IMG/VR virus record: IMGVR_UViG_3300009506_000036
Span: 1 to 57,745 of that record
Reading direction: 5' to 3' (one strand)
From: a virus
Taxonomy: Duplodnaviria; Caudoviricetes
DNA length: 57,745 nt
Shown: in pieces, positions 47,896-57,463 of the stretch
Layout of the letters: each line of letters starts with the position of its first letter
How positions within the stretch are numbered: the first letter of the stretch is position 1
Notes under the pieces: model-generated
Told to the model about the DNA's origin: nothing
The model's input: only the letters and a program-made list of their open reading frames with translations
Database searches by the model: none
Made by a program: the position numbers and the translations under genes

Positions 47896-48738
47896 TCAGG
47901 CGTGGCTGTGGGTACGGATGGTGACCGTGGGAGAGTTGGTGTCGATGGTGGTGTTCCGCTCGGCAACCCCGGTCATGCTCATCTGGGTGTACTCGTCGGA
48001 GATGAGTCCGAAATCGCCCTCGGCCTTGAGGGAGACCTGGTGGAACTCGTACTCCGTCTGGTGATCGGAGTCGGCGGGGTTCTCGGAAATGAACTTCAGA
48101 GCCCCGGACACCGTGGTGGAAGTGAGGCCTCGCATCTCGTCGGGAGTCGTGTCGGCACCGGCGTTGGCTGCGATGTCCACGTCGATGGTACCTGGAGTGT
48201 CCAGGTTGCCACCAGCGATGATGAAGATCCTGCCCATCACCTGGTCGGCGATGAAGTCAGTACCGGCGACCGACCCGGAGACCGAGATGGTACCGCAGTC
48301 GTAGATACGGTTGGCCGACGCGTTCGATGCAGGAGCACCACCAGCGTTTTGGTACAGGTCGTACCAGCGACCTCCATCGGTCACTGTCACGTTACTGGAT
48401 CCTGTGATGCCAGCCGTCGCAGCGGTGTTGGCGTGCGCCGCCGTTTCGCCCGAGAAGAACAGGGCCATGTTGTCGAAGTTGATCTCGTCGAGAGTCAGCG
48501 ACAACGTGGCCTTCTGCGAGATGGTGACTTCCTTGTCGGTGACCTTCAGCCCCGTCTGGGAACTCTGGTGCTCCAGGGTTTCGGACTCCATGGAGACTGA
48601 GAACTCCGGCGCGTTGCCCAGGAAGCGAAAGGCACCAGGGACACCGGTAGTGCTGTCGATGGTTGCGAAGTAGACCTTGCCCCGCCCGATGTTGTAGTCG
48701 AGCGTGTTGGCTTGTCCGGTGAGGTTGATTCCAGCCAT
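47896..48738 (-). CDS. Major tail tube protein
   Basis: IGRGKVYF, FLGNAPEF, LKAEGDFGLISDE. Confidence 0.85.
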   Translation of the reverse strand: MAGINLTGQANTLDYNIGRGKVYFATIDSTTGVPGAFRFLGNAPEFSVSMESETLEHQSSQTGLKVTDKEVTISQKATLSLTLDEINFDNMALFFSGETAAHANTAATAGITGSSNVTVTDGGRWYDLYQNAGGAPASNASANRIYDCGTISVSGSVAGTDFIADQVMGRIFIIAGGNLDTPGTIDVDIAANAGADTTPDEMRGLTSTTVSGALKFISENPADSDHQTEYEFHQVSLKAEGDFGLISDEYTQMSMTGVAERNTTIDTNSPTVTIRTHSHA

Positions 48739-48768
48739 TGGATGTTACTCCAGTTAGTGAGAAAGGGT

Positions 48769-49893
48769 TCAGACCGGACTCAGGTCTGCCTCGAATGTCA
48801 TTGTCACCCGAGATCCGGAAGACGAGTTCTGTTGAGGAGGATGCTCATATCGCACGTCGCGGAACCGTAGACGAACAGAACCGAGATCGTTGTCGACATC
48901 AGCGGCGAGGTTGATGGGGCTCTCCAAGATGTCGCACTCGAAGGGCTCCACGGTAACTGTCTCCGAGAATTGCAAGAGCACCTCCCAGGTCCAGTTGTGC
49001 TTTTCGTCCCTGTCGAACTGACGGTTGCGACGAGGAAGACCCATCAGGGCAGTGGTCTCGGTGATCAGAATGACCGTAGGGCGTACGGCTTGATCATCGG
49101 AAGCAGCGATCAGTTGCCCTGTGTTTGAGTCAACTCGCGCAGGCAGGAACAAGCCTACGTCAACACGCTCACGAAGAGCATCGTTGACGCGCTTCTTCTG
49201 AGTTCTGATGACTTGACCGGCGACCACGAGAACAGGGGGTAGATGGATGTAGTAGTGAAGGACGAAGGGGATGACGATTTCGATCGATCCCACTCCGACT
49301 TGAGGTTCGTAGAGAGCAAGGCCATACTGCAGCAGTGGGGCATCAACGTCTACAGGGACGACCGCTGTAATGTCGGGAGTTTTGAGGTTCAGCACCTCGT
49401 GTAGCATGGCCGGTGCTACATCTATCACAACCCCCACTGTCGGATCGTAGAGCATGACCTCGACGCTGATCACGCGAGCGGTGAGGTTTATCGCTACACC
49501 GACCTCGGCGTCGTAGAGAACAAGCTCTGTGTGGAGCGTTGTTGGTTGCTCGTTGACGGAGCTTCCAACGATCACATCGTACAGTGTTGCTACCTGGTGG
49601 AAGAGCGGGGCATCCAGGTTGACAGCTGCTGTGACAACTGGAGCAAACAGCTCCATTCTGATCGGTAGGGTGTTGGGGAACAGCTCAATCCCAACACCCA
49701 CCTGGGGTACCAACAGCGAGACAGTTACACTGAGCAGCCCAGGTGTCTCATCGATCCCGACACCAACCTGAGGAGCATGCAGCGTGAGGGTTACACTGAG
49801 TAGCTCGGGTGTTACCTCAACAGGAACGCCAGACTGGGAAGCTCCGATGTCCCAGCCATTGGTTTGTGCTGCTCCGATGCTCCATGCCATCAC
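48769..49893 (-). CDS. Tail terminator-like domain with N-terminal W[SD]IGAxQ motifs and nine 22-aa repeats
   Basis: C-terminal ~148-aa domain immediately upstream of the tail tube gene; repeats span 49216-49821. Confidence 0.7.
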   Translation of the reverse strand: MMAWSIGAAQTNGWDIGASQSGVPVEVTPELLSVTLTLHAPQVGVGIDETPGLLSVTVSLLVPQVGVGIELFPNTLPIRMELFAPVVTAAVNLDAPLFHQVATLYDVIVGSSVNEQPTTLHTELVLYDAEVGVAINLTARVISVEVMLYDPTVGVVIDVAPAMLHEVLNLKTPDITAVVPVDVDAPLLQYGLALYEPQVGVGSIEIVIPFVLHYYIHLPPVLVVAGQVIRTQKKRVNDALRERVDVGLFLPARVDSNTGQLIAASDDQAVRPTVILITETTALMGLPRRNRQFDRDEKHNWTWEVLLQFSETVTVEPFECDILESPINLAADVDNDLGSVRLRFRDVRYEHPPQQNSSSGSRVTMTFEADLSPV

Positions 49894-51239
49894 GCACCAT
49901 ACCCGAATCCAGCCTTGAAGCAGGCTGCACCACCACCGGCGGTGTTGTTCAGCCTGTAGTCGTGATTAGTGGAGTCAACGTAAGGATCAACACTGGAGCC
50001 AAGCGTTACAGAGTGCGGGCCGACCGTGATGTTCTGTGTTTGACCAGAGGTATTGGCGAAAGATCCTGCTCCATACGCGTTGTAGTCGTTCCAGAGAGCC
50101 AGGTCAGCTCCACTGGAGGACGACATCGACATGCCGTAGCCTCCGTTCCTGGTGAAGATGTTGTTGAAGCACTGGCATCTCCAGGAATCAGCCAAGGTGC
50201 CGATGAAGTAGACACCGTGGCTACCGTTGTTGTCCAGTACGTTGTTCTGAATGACTACGTTGTGGCTGATGTACTGATCAACGACTTCGATACCGGTAGC
50301 GTAGCAACCCCACACCCTGTTGCTGACGATGGTGAGGCCACACAAACCGTTGGAGTTCTGAATGTAGATGCCCTTACCATTAGAGGACGATCCTGCAACC
50401 CCACACTCGTGGATGTTGCAATCAGCGATCAGAACAGAAGAACGTGCTCTGAGCCATAGCCCTTGGTTGTACGTGGATTTGATGTCGCAACTGATGATCT
50501 TGCCATAGACAGAGGCAGCTCCAGTTACGAATCTTCCAGACGCTACGAAAGAACAGTTGTCGATATCTACGTACGACGAGCCTGCAGCTGCGACTACTGC
50601 CGAGGCTGAGTTTGATACACTGGTAGTGTTTTCGAAGGCGATGCCACTGATCTTGAGCATCGAACCTGTCGGCAGGTTGATAGCCTCGACATCACCAGTC
50701 CAGGTGATCTTCGGGGTAGCCCCGGCAGCTGCTATCAACTCTTGAGGACCGTTGGTCAAGAACCCACCAACAGCGTGTGTGGATGTGAGCGTGTTCGTAC
50801 CAGTGAGAGTGTACGTGCTTCCAGTCCCTTCTAGCTCGAATCTCCAGCCTTCTGATTGGTCTTGCAGATCTTGGTTGGAGCTGTCTGCTGAAAGCGTCTG
50901 GCGCTTGCCCCCGATCCCCCATGCTGAAGCGCTGAGACCTGAAGCACCGATAGCGTCGGCTAGTGATAGACCAGTGCAGGTAGACACACCTCCTGTGAAC
51001 GAGGTGATCCTGAATAGGTGACGCTCACCTGATGTGCCGGCGACGTAGATGATGTCACTTCCATCATTGGCGACACCAGTCAGGTCGATGGTGCTGCTGA
51101 AGGTCATCGTTCCTGTACCACTCGTGCCACTCACAGTCGCTCCCGTAGAGGAGTTCGTGTGGGCTGTGGTGGGTGCATTGGACCCAGAGTTTGAGTCCGA
51201 TCCACCACTGGCGTCGTAGTACAGGGTGGTGAGCACCAT
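49890..51239 (-). CDS. Right-handed beta-helix (pectate-lyase-like) virion protein
   Basis: Asn ladders (IADCNIHEC, IQNNVLDNNGSHG, FNNIFTRNGGYG); ends DYRLNNTAGGGAACFKAG. Confidence 0.8.
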   Translation of the reverse strand: MVLTTLYYDASGGSDSNSGSNAPTTAHTNSSTGATVSGTSGTGTMTFSSTIDLTGVANDGSDIIYVAGTSGERHLFRITSFTGGVSTCTGLSLADAIGASGLSASAWGIGGKRQTLSADSSNQDLQDQSEGWRFELEGTGSTYTLTGTNTLTSTHAVGGFLTNGPQELIAAAGATPKITWTGDVEAINLPTGSMLKISGIAFENTTSVSNSASAVVAAAGSSYVDIDNCSFVASGRFVTGAASVYGKIISCDIKSTYNQGLWLRARSSVLIADCNIHECGVAGSSSNGKGIYIQNSNGLCGLTIVSNRVWGCYATGIEVVDQYISHNVVIQNNVLDNNGSHGVYFIGTLADSWRCQCFNNIFTRNGGYGMSMSSSSGADLALWNDYNAYGAGSFANTSGQTQNITVGPHSVTLGSSVDPYVDSTNHDYRLNNTAGGGAACFKAGFGYGA

Positions 51240-51242
51240 GGC

Positions 51243-51569
51243 TCAGGAGATGCTCAGCGGGTTCCTGGTCCTGGACAGTGCTCTAGTAACAGCAGTCAGC
51301 GTGCTGCCAGAGGTAGCGCTGTTGATCGTCACTAGGAGAGCGATGATGAGCTTCAGCTCGGCCTGGGTGAGAGTCATGCGACCATCACTCTCGGAGCCGT
51401 CCATGATCCTGTCGTCAGGATCCCAGGAGTTCACCACTGTCTGGAACTCTGCCACATACTGAGGAGACGCGATGAGGATGGCCTGCAGCAGACCACCGAT
51501 GACCTCGCAGAGAGGGCGAATAGTGCTGTTCACGAACTCCGCGAGGTTTTCGTTGGTACGGTCAACCAT
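51243..51569 (-). CDS. Hypothetical protein (possible partner of the beta-helix protein)
   Basis: 108 aa; FVNSTIRPL...DG...DGR. Confidence 0.7.
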   Translation of the reverse strand: MVDRTNENLAEFVNSTIRPLCEVIGGLLQAILIASPQYVAEFQTVVNSWDPDDRIMDGSESDGRMTLTQAELKLIIALLVTINSATSGSTLTAVTRALSRTRNPLSIS

Positions 51570-51571
51570 GA

Positions 51572-52000
51572 TCAGGCCTCAGCTTTGTCCAGGATCCCGT
51601 TGGAGTTCCAGGTGATCTTGAACTCGGTGTTGTTGGTGGACTTGTCGGCAGCGAAGTCGATGAAGGCGATCAACGGAGAGGTCCCCGGCGTACCCGTGTC
51701 CTTGTAGATGACGGCACCTCGGGCAGTAATGGTGGAAGCAGCCCACGCCACATCGTTGGCGTCGAGGACGGACTTGTCGTTGGCATCGTCCTTCGTCCAT
51801 GTCACTGAGGTCAGAGCCTGACCGCCTGCCGTGTAGCCAGTTCCAACTACCTCGTTCGTGATGTCATCGAAGTAGTCGTGCAGGTCACGATCGTAAGTGT
51901 ACGAGGAGGTAACGAGAGCAACCTTGATCGTGTCCGCAGAGAAATCGAAGTCGCCTTCCCCTTCGTAGTGGAAGAAGCTGTTGTAGAAACCGGAAGCCAT
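51572..52000 (-). CDS. Small virion fibre/collar subunit
   Basis: DTIKVALV...EVVGTGYTAGG...ITARGAVIY...IDF pattern common in phage structural operons. Confidence 0.75.
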   Translation of the reverse strand: MASGFYNSFFHYEGEGDFDFSADTIKVALVTSSYTYDRDLHDYFDDITNEVVGTGYTAGGQALTSVTWTKDDANDKSVLDANDVAWAASTITARGAVIYKDTGTPGTSPLIAFIDFAADKSTNNTEFKITWNSNGILDKAEA

Positions 52001-52004
52001 GAGA

Positions 52005-52610
52005 TTACCTCAGTGAGGGCCAGACAGTAGCCCCGATGTTGGGTGGTGCGGTGGAGGGTTCGAAGGTGGTTACTTGGATGCTGGTTTCACTTCCGATTTC
52101 TTCGGACCCAGCAAGAAGCTCAAGGTTGTTCGTGATCTCGTTTTGGATCCTGGTGATCTCCGCGTCGAGGAATGTATCCGGGGTCTCGGTGATACCGGCC
52201 TCGTCGTTTAGGATCTGTTGGACTCCGTTACCGTCGATGAAAGCAGAACGCATGCGGCGCATTAGCAGCATCTTCGTCCACAGTATCTCTGTGCTTGCTG
52301 CGAGCGCTCTGAGCACGCCGTCGTCATTGACCGGCTCGGCGTTGTACTCTATTGCCAGGAGGTAGTTGATGCGACGGACCTGAAGGCTGCGATAGAAGCC
52401 CAGACGAACGTCCAGCATGGCACGCCTGATGATCGCCTGGGCGTCGGAAGCAGAGGGGACTCCAGACAGCCTCAACTCCTCCAGCATGGTGTCCCAGGGC
52501 GTGTCTGTGCCCACGCCGACCACGAAGAGAGGGTTGGGTACCTCCAGCACCACCACAGGCGTGTAGAGCCTGACAGAGACGCTGAGTAGAGAGGCGCTGA
52601 AGTCGACCAT
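52005..52610 (-). CDS. Putative head-tail adaptor with one N-terminal 22-aa repeat
   Basis: Helical protein downstream of the capsid gene; N-terminus MVDFSASLLSVSVRLYTPVV. Confidence 0.6.
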   Translation of the reverse strand: MVDFSASLLSVSVRLYTPVVVLEVPNPLFVVGVGTDTPWDTMLEELRLSGVPSASDAQAIIRRAMLDVRLGFYRSLQVRRINYLLAIEYNAEPVNDDGVLRALAASTEILWTKMLLMRRMRSAFIDGNGVQQILNDEAGITETPDTFLDAEITRIQNEITNNLELLAGSEEIGSETSIQVTTFEPSTAPPNIGATVWPSLR

Positions 52611-52613
52611 CGA

Positions 52614-53090
52614 TCACTCCATCGGCTTGAAGTCTGCGGAGAGCTGAGCCCTGGCCTCCTCAGCGGTGGTGAACGGAGCGACCGAGGGATCGATCGCCAA
52701 GACCATGGCGTTCAGTTCGACTAAGCTGAGACTGGCCAGGCTGGAAAGTTCGTAGGGCCACTTCCCGTAAGACTGGCCGTCCGGGATCGGTGGGAGAGGC
52801 ACCCTGTTGGGCTGCTGCGGCTCCAGGGGAACGATCTCGGTAGGTGGGATGATCCCGGCCTCGGGTGGAATCACGTCGACCGGCGGCTTGGCCGGAGGCT
52901 GGATTTCGTTGATCCGCAAGGAGCGATCGATTACAGCGTCTTCGATGCAACCAGCGATCAGCCACTCCTTGATGTGATCTTCGGTGATGCTGTTGACACC
53001 AACACGGATGATGGTACCAGCCAGAAGATGCTTGCCAGCTACCACGATCGAGCGACCGTGGCAGATGACGTAGGACTTGGATTCGGTCAT
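52614..53090 (-). CDS. Hypothetical capsid-adjacent protein
   Basis: 156-158 aa; Pro-rich linker between two short domains. Confidence 0.7.
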   Translation of the reverse strand: MTESKSYVICHGRSIVVAGKHLLAGTIIRVGVNSITEDHIKEWLIAGCIEDAVIDRSLRINEIQPPAKPPVDVIPPEAGIIPPTEIVPLEPQQPNRVPLPPIPDGQSYGKWPYELSSLASLSLVELNAMVLAIDPSVAPFTTAEEARAQLSADFKPME

Positions 53091-53117
53091 GGGTTCTGTT
53101 TGTGAGGGGTTGAAGGA

Positions 53118-53149
53118 GGGGAGGGCCCATCCCGATACGGGCCCTCCCC
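53118..53149 (-). terminator. Probable terminator after the major capsid gene
   Basis: GGGGAGGGCCC-N10-GGGCCCTCCCC. Confidence 0.6.
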
Positions 53150-53169
53150 GTGGCGAAGCAGGGGATGGA

Positions 53170-54246
53170 TCAGCCGGACACGACCTTCATCGAGACCTTG
53201 CTGTTGGGCTTGCGGCACCAGGGCAGCGGACGGCTCTGGGCCAGCAGCATGCGGATGCTCGGGTCCTTCTCGACCCAGGACTTGGAGAACAGCTCGCCGA
53301 CGTACTCGTTGGCTTCGAGCGCATCCATGTCCGGGATCACACCGTAGTACATCACGTCCTCGGCCTCGGGGACAGCGGAGATGAACTCACAGTACTTGGC
53401 GCGGGTCAATGGGGTGGAGACACCGTTGACGCTGATGGCCCTGGCGTATTGCCAGCACTCGACTCCGAAGAGGTTGCCGAGGTAGATGGCACCACCTCCG
53501 TTGGCTGTCGTGTACTGCTGGTCCAGGCGCAAGACACCGGCTTCGACGTTGTTCTTGTTGAGCTTGTCTTGTACGTCGGCGTTGCGCTTGAACCACATGG
53601 CCGCCTCGGAGCCCATGATCGCGTGCGTCACGGGGAGTCCGAGAGCCTCGGAGATCACATCCTTCGCGGTGTCGAAGTTCTCGTCGATGTGGACGAGGGT
53701 GACGTCCGTGGTGTAGTCCCAGAACTCGGTGGCTCCGAGAGTGATGTCGTTGGCCGCCGCGCGAGGAAGCGTGATCTGGAAGTGCGCTTCGTCGGCGACG
53801 GAGTAGGAGATCTGTCCCTGCACGATCTGGGAGCAGAGCAGCTCGGTGGCGTTGGTGATGCGAGCCAGCAGTCTGGACTGGCGGCGCGCCACGTAGCGCT
53901 CCATCGAACTGAGGTGCTCCTGCCGCGAGGAGACGAAGATCCGGTCACCTGGGTGCCGGGTCTCGATGAGCTTGGCGGCCTCCAGCTCCATCTTCAAGCG
54001 GATGTTCGGGGCCTGGACGGTCGCGAAGGTCTCGTTCTCACCAGGGATCATCAGCGCTGCGCCGTTCTTGCGAACGAAGGGCGCGGCTTCCCGCTCTCCT
54101 TCGTAGTACGACAGCTCGATGGTCTCCGTCTCCACGGGCTCGTGGTTCCCGAAGAGGAGGTTGGACCAAACCGCCTGGGGCGGTTTCATGAGGTTGATGG
54201 CCGAAGTCAGTGAAGCCCGACCGAAGATGTCGTCAGTGCGAACCAT
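53170..54246 (-). CDS. Major capsid protein (lambda gpE-like)
   Basis: 358 aa; AAPFV, KSW..KDP...QSRPLP signature. Confidence 0.9.
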   Translation of the reverse strand: MVRTDDIFGRASLTSAINLMKPPQAVWSNLLFGNHEPVETETIELSYYEGEREAAPFVRKNGAALMIPGENETFATVQAPNIRLKMELEAAKLIETRHPGDRIFVSSRQEHLSSMERYVARRQSRLLARITNATELLCSQIVQGQISYSVADEAHFQITLPRAAANDITLGATEFWDYTTDVTLVHIDENFDTAKDVISEALGLPVTHAIMGSEAAMWFKRNADVQDKLNKNNVEAGVLRLDQQYTTANGGGAIYLGNLFGVECWQYARAISVNGVSTPLTRAKYCEFISAVPEAEDVMYYGVIPDMDALEANEYVGELFSKSWVEKDPSIRMLLAQSRPLPWCRKPNSKVSMKVVSG

Positions 54247-54291
54247 TGTTTCAATCCTTGATGTATGGGTAGAGGAAGAGTCCGGTCAGGA

Positions 54292-54726
54292 TCAGCCGAC
54301 GAGGGCCAGACCTTGGACGATGAGCCCGAACTGACGGAGGGTGGTGGCCTTGAGAGCCGTATCCAGCTCGCCCTCGGTGGGCGTGTTGGGGAGAAGCGCT
54401 CGCATGGTGGCGGTGTTCACGTCGTCGCGGTGGATGACACCGGCCTTCATCATGTTGCACTGGACCTCGTTGGTCGCGTGGGTGGCGACACCATCGTGGT
54501 CCCAGATGAAACCGGCGATGATCTGGGAGCCGTCAACAGCGTCCACGTCCCACGGGACCCACAGGCCGGTAGCCGTGATCTGTCCCATGGGAAGGCCTTG
54601 GAGGAGCGTGGGAGCCCCGGAGATGCCGTCGACCGTGCAGACCGCCACGCCATCGGCATGGGGCTGAATGCGGATGCGATCGGTGTTGGTGTTGTCGGAG
54701 TAGAGTTCGTTCGTGTTGAGAGCCAT
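54292..54726 (-). CDS. Head decoration protein (lambda gpD-like)
   Basis: PWDVDAVDGSQIIAGF; located between protease and capsid genes. Confidence 0.75.
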   Translation of the reverse strand: MALNTNELYSDNTNTDRIRIQPHADGVAVCTVDGISGAPTLLQGLPMGQITATGLWVPWDVDAVDGSQIIAGFIWDHDGVATHATNEVQCNMMKAGVIHRDDVNTATMRALLPNTPTEGELDTALKATTLRQFGLIVQGLALVG

Positions 54727-54772
54727 AATTCGCTCCTAGAACAGAAGAGTGAGAGGGTTGGTAGGAGCTGGA

Positions 54773-55885
54773 TCAGCTCTTCTTGGTGGGATCGGTTCCG
54801 TTGATGTAGGCGGCCATGCGCTGCGCGCGTGTGAAGTCCTCCTTCGAGATGCCGGTGACGTTGCCTACTTGCTCGTCGGACTTCTTGACGTTCTTCTTCT
54901 TCTTGTCGTCGTCATCGTCCCCGGTGCCCTGGGTGGAGGCCTTGATGGCCTTCTCCAGCTGCTTGCGCAGCGACTTGACTTCCTCGGACTCCTCCTTGTC
55001 GTCTTCCTTCTTGTCGTCGTCGGACTTGCCGAAGGTGGCGAGGTAGTTCTCCAGGGCCTTCGGGTCGGTGAAGTCGACGGACTTGGCGAGGCGCCACGCC
55101 TTGACGACCTTGAGGTGAGCTGCGACATCCTCCTTCTTGAGCGGATCTCCGGTGAACTTGGGTTCGTCGTCGTCGGACTTCTTGTCGTCGGACTTCTTGT
55201 CGTCGGACTTCTTGAGGAGGGGAGTCAGCGCTTCGACCAGGCTTTTGGAGAGCGCTTCGTTGCCAGCGGTGATGGCCGCTTGAATGTCCTTGAGTTCCAT
55301 ATCGGTTGTTTGGGTTTGGCCCGTGAGGCGCTCTGCCAGGGCGTCGAGAATGGAGTCCACGTTGGGCTCGCCTTTGTTGACAAGCTCAACCTGTGCGTTG
55401 CCATACATGCTGACACCGTTCCACTTACCGGCTCGGTAGTCTGCCTTCAGCTCTTCCTTGTCCAGCTTGATCACCACAGCCCATCCACCGGTAACATCCA
55501 CCGGCTTGCCGTCGCGGTCTTTCTGGTTGGCGAAGTCTGGATCGTTCTTCTTGATGATGAACGACTCGGCCACGAAGGCATCTTCCTTGGCGACAGGCTT
55601 CAAGTTGTGCCTGATGTCCAGGGCGTGCCCATTGCGAGCGAAGGAGTAAGCCATCTCCTTGATGGCCTGAGAGGAAGCGAAGTCACCCTCGGTGTCCACG
55701 ACCTCGGGGGCCCAGACAACTGCGGTGATCACGCCCTCCTCTTCGAGACGATCGTCCTTCACCAGGGTGTCCAGCTCGAAGGCCCCATCGTCCTTGAAGA
55801 GGACTGGGAGGCGGTTTTTGCCCTTCGGACACAGGGAAATGAAGGTGATGTCGGCTTGTTTGATCCGGCGTTTTCGTGTAGGCAT
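54773..55885 (-). CDS. XkdF-like prohead protease with C-terminal scaffold
   Basis: VVWAPEVVDTEGD, DIRH, VAESF, GGW, GKWNGVSMYG; charged tail with KKSDD x3. Confidence 0.85.
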   Translation of the reverse strand: MPTRKRRIKQADITFISLCPKGKNRLPVLFKDDGAFELDTLVKDDRLEEEGVITAVVWAPEVVDTEGDFASSQAIKEMAYSFARNGHALDIRHNLKPVAKEDAFVAESFIIKKNDPDFANQKDRDGKPVDVTGGWAVVIKLDKEELKADYRAGKWNGVSMYGNAQVELVNKGEPNVDSILDALAERLTGQTQTTDMELKDIQAAITAGNEALSKSLVEALTPLLKKSDDKKSDDKKSDDDEPKFTGDPLKKEDVAAHLKVVKAWRLAKSVDFTDPKALENYLATFGKSDDDKKEDDKEESEEVKSLRKQLEKAIKASTQGTGDDDDDKKKKNVKKSDEQVGNVTGISKEDFTRAQRMAAYINGTDPTKKS

Positions 55886-55999
55886 GAGATGGCTCCTGCA
55901 GTAGGATCAGCTCATAGAAAGCGACGAATCAGTTCCCTGGTCCAGTGTTTTTGACCAGAATCACGAGACCTGTGATACACCTAGCACAAAGTACTTACC

Positions 56000-57463
56000 A
56001 TGAGCACCGAAAACCTTGCCGACGTTGACCTCCATGACGATGGGGCACGGGTCATTACGGTGAGTCGCCCTCACCGAAGCATCCTCCGCAAGTACGGAGA
56101 GTTGGACGATGTTCCGCTCATCGACGTGCTACTAGCGAAGGCCGTAGGAGATGAGGGTGACCGTTCCAAACAATCAGTGCGCAAGGGTCGGAAGGAGCAT
56201 CCTTTCGACATGCAAGCCGTTACTGAGTTCCAGACAGCGAACGTACACCACAGCGCTTGCCTGCTCTCGAAAGCCCAGGCCACGGTCGGCCTGGGCTTCG
56301 TGTCTGAAGAGAGCAAGGCGCAAGAGGACGACCAGGTGCCTCGCAACAAAAAGAAGAAACGCAGCAAGGCATCGAAGACCTTGGACAAGCTCTGCCAGGT
56401 CTCCTTCCAGGATGTGTTGAACGATGTTGCTGAGGACTACTGGCAGATCGGCAACGGATACATCGAGGTGGTCCGCGATGAGCAGGGAAACATCGTCGGC
56501 CTGTACCACATACCCGGTTACCAGGTGTACGTCTATGTCGAGGACAGCCTGCACAACTATCACTACAAGATCGAGGGTGAAGAAGCCGAGAGGAAGTTCG
56601 CGGTGTTCGGTGACCTCGATGACTTCAAGAAGCGTCAGCAAGTCGCTGACGATACCAAAGTCGCAGAGATCATTCACTTCCGGCGCAGCTCTTCACTATC
56701 GAAGTGGTATGGCTTCCCCGACTGGTTGGCAGCCGTCACATCGATCGAGCTGATGCGAGCCTTGCATCAGTTCACCTTTGACTTCTTCCTGAACCGAGGT
56801 GTCCCGGAGATCATGTTGTTCCTGCTGGGACGGAAGATCAACGAAGACGACTGGGCCAAGATCGACACTGCGATGAAGGCCAACATCGGTCTGAAGAATT
56901 CGCACAAGTCGATGGCTGTGAACCTCACCGACCCAGATATGACCGTACAGCTGGAGAAGCTCGCGCTCGACGGCAAGACCGATGCCAAGTCTTACGCTGA
57001 GCAGGCTGACTCGCTCGCACTGGAGATCGTGTCCGGGCACCGAGTCCCTCCACTACTTGCGGGCATCCAGATCCCTGGCAAGCTGGGAGCCACCAACGAA
57101 CTGCCCAATGCTCTCATGGCGTTCCAGTTGCTGGTCATCGGCCCAGCGCAGAGCAACTGGACCACCATCCTCGACGCGACTCTCGGCGACCCTGAGCTGA
57201 ATGGAGGCCTTGGGATGTCGGAGGGTGACTTCATCTTCAACGCCATTACTGACGAGATCGACATGGGCACCATGGACACCACGTCGCGTATGCGGGAAAC
57301 AGTGCCTGAGGCGAAGGCCAAGGGGCGTGACGTTTCCCAGGGCCTGAAGAAGATGGAGGAGGAGCTGCAGAAGATGGACAAGGAAGAGCTGGCAGAGCTG
57401 TTCGCCAACGCTTGGTCCATGGCTACCGACCGAGTGATGAGTCGCCTCTTCGATGCTGCCTAA
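56000..57463 (+). CDS. Portal protein (PBSX/P2-Q-like)
   Basis: HHSACL..K...VGLG, IGNGYIEV, IIHFR...WYGFPDW, FFLNRGVP, HRVPPLLAGI. Confidence 0.92.
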   Translation: MSTENLADVDLHDDGARVITVSRPHRSILRKYGELDDVPLIDVLLAKAVGDEGDRSKQSVRKGRKEHPFDMQAVTEFQTANVHHSACLLSKAQATVGLGFVSEESKAQEDDQVPRNKKKKRSKASKTLDKLCQVSFQDVLNDVAEDYWQIGNGYIEVVRDEQGNIVGLYHIPGYQVYVYVEDSLHNYHYKIEGEEAERKFAVFGDLDDFKKRQQVADDTKVAEIIHFRRSSSLSKWYGFPDWLAAVTSIELMRALHQFTFDFFLNRGVPEIMLFLLGRKINEDDWAKIDTAMKANIGLKNSHKSMAVNLTDPDMTVQLEKLALDGKTDAKSYAEQADSLALEIVSGHRVPPLLAGIQIPGKLGATNELPNALMAFQLLVIGPAQSNWTTILDATLGDPELNGGLGMSEGDFIFNAITDEIDMGTMDTTSRMRETVPEAKAKGRDVSQGLKKMEEELQKMDKEELAELFANAWSMATDRVMSRLFDAA

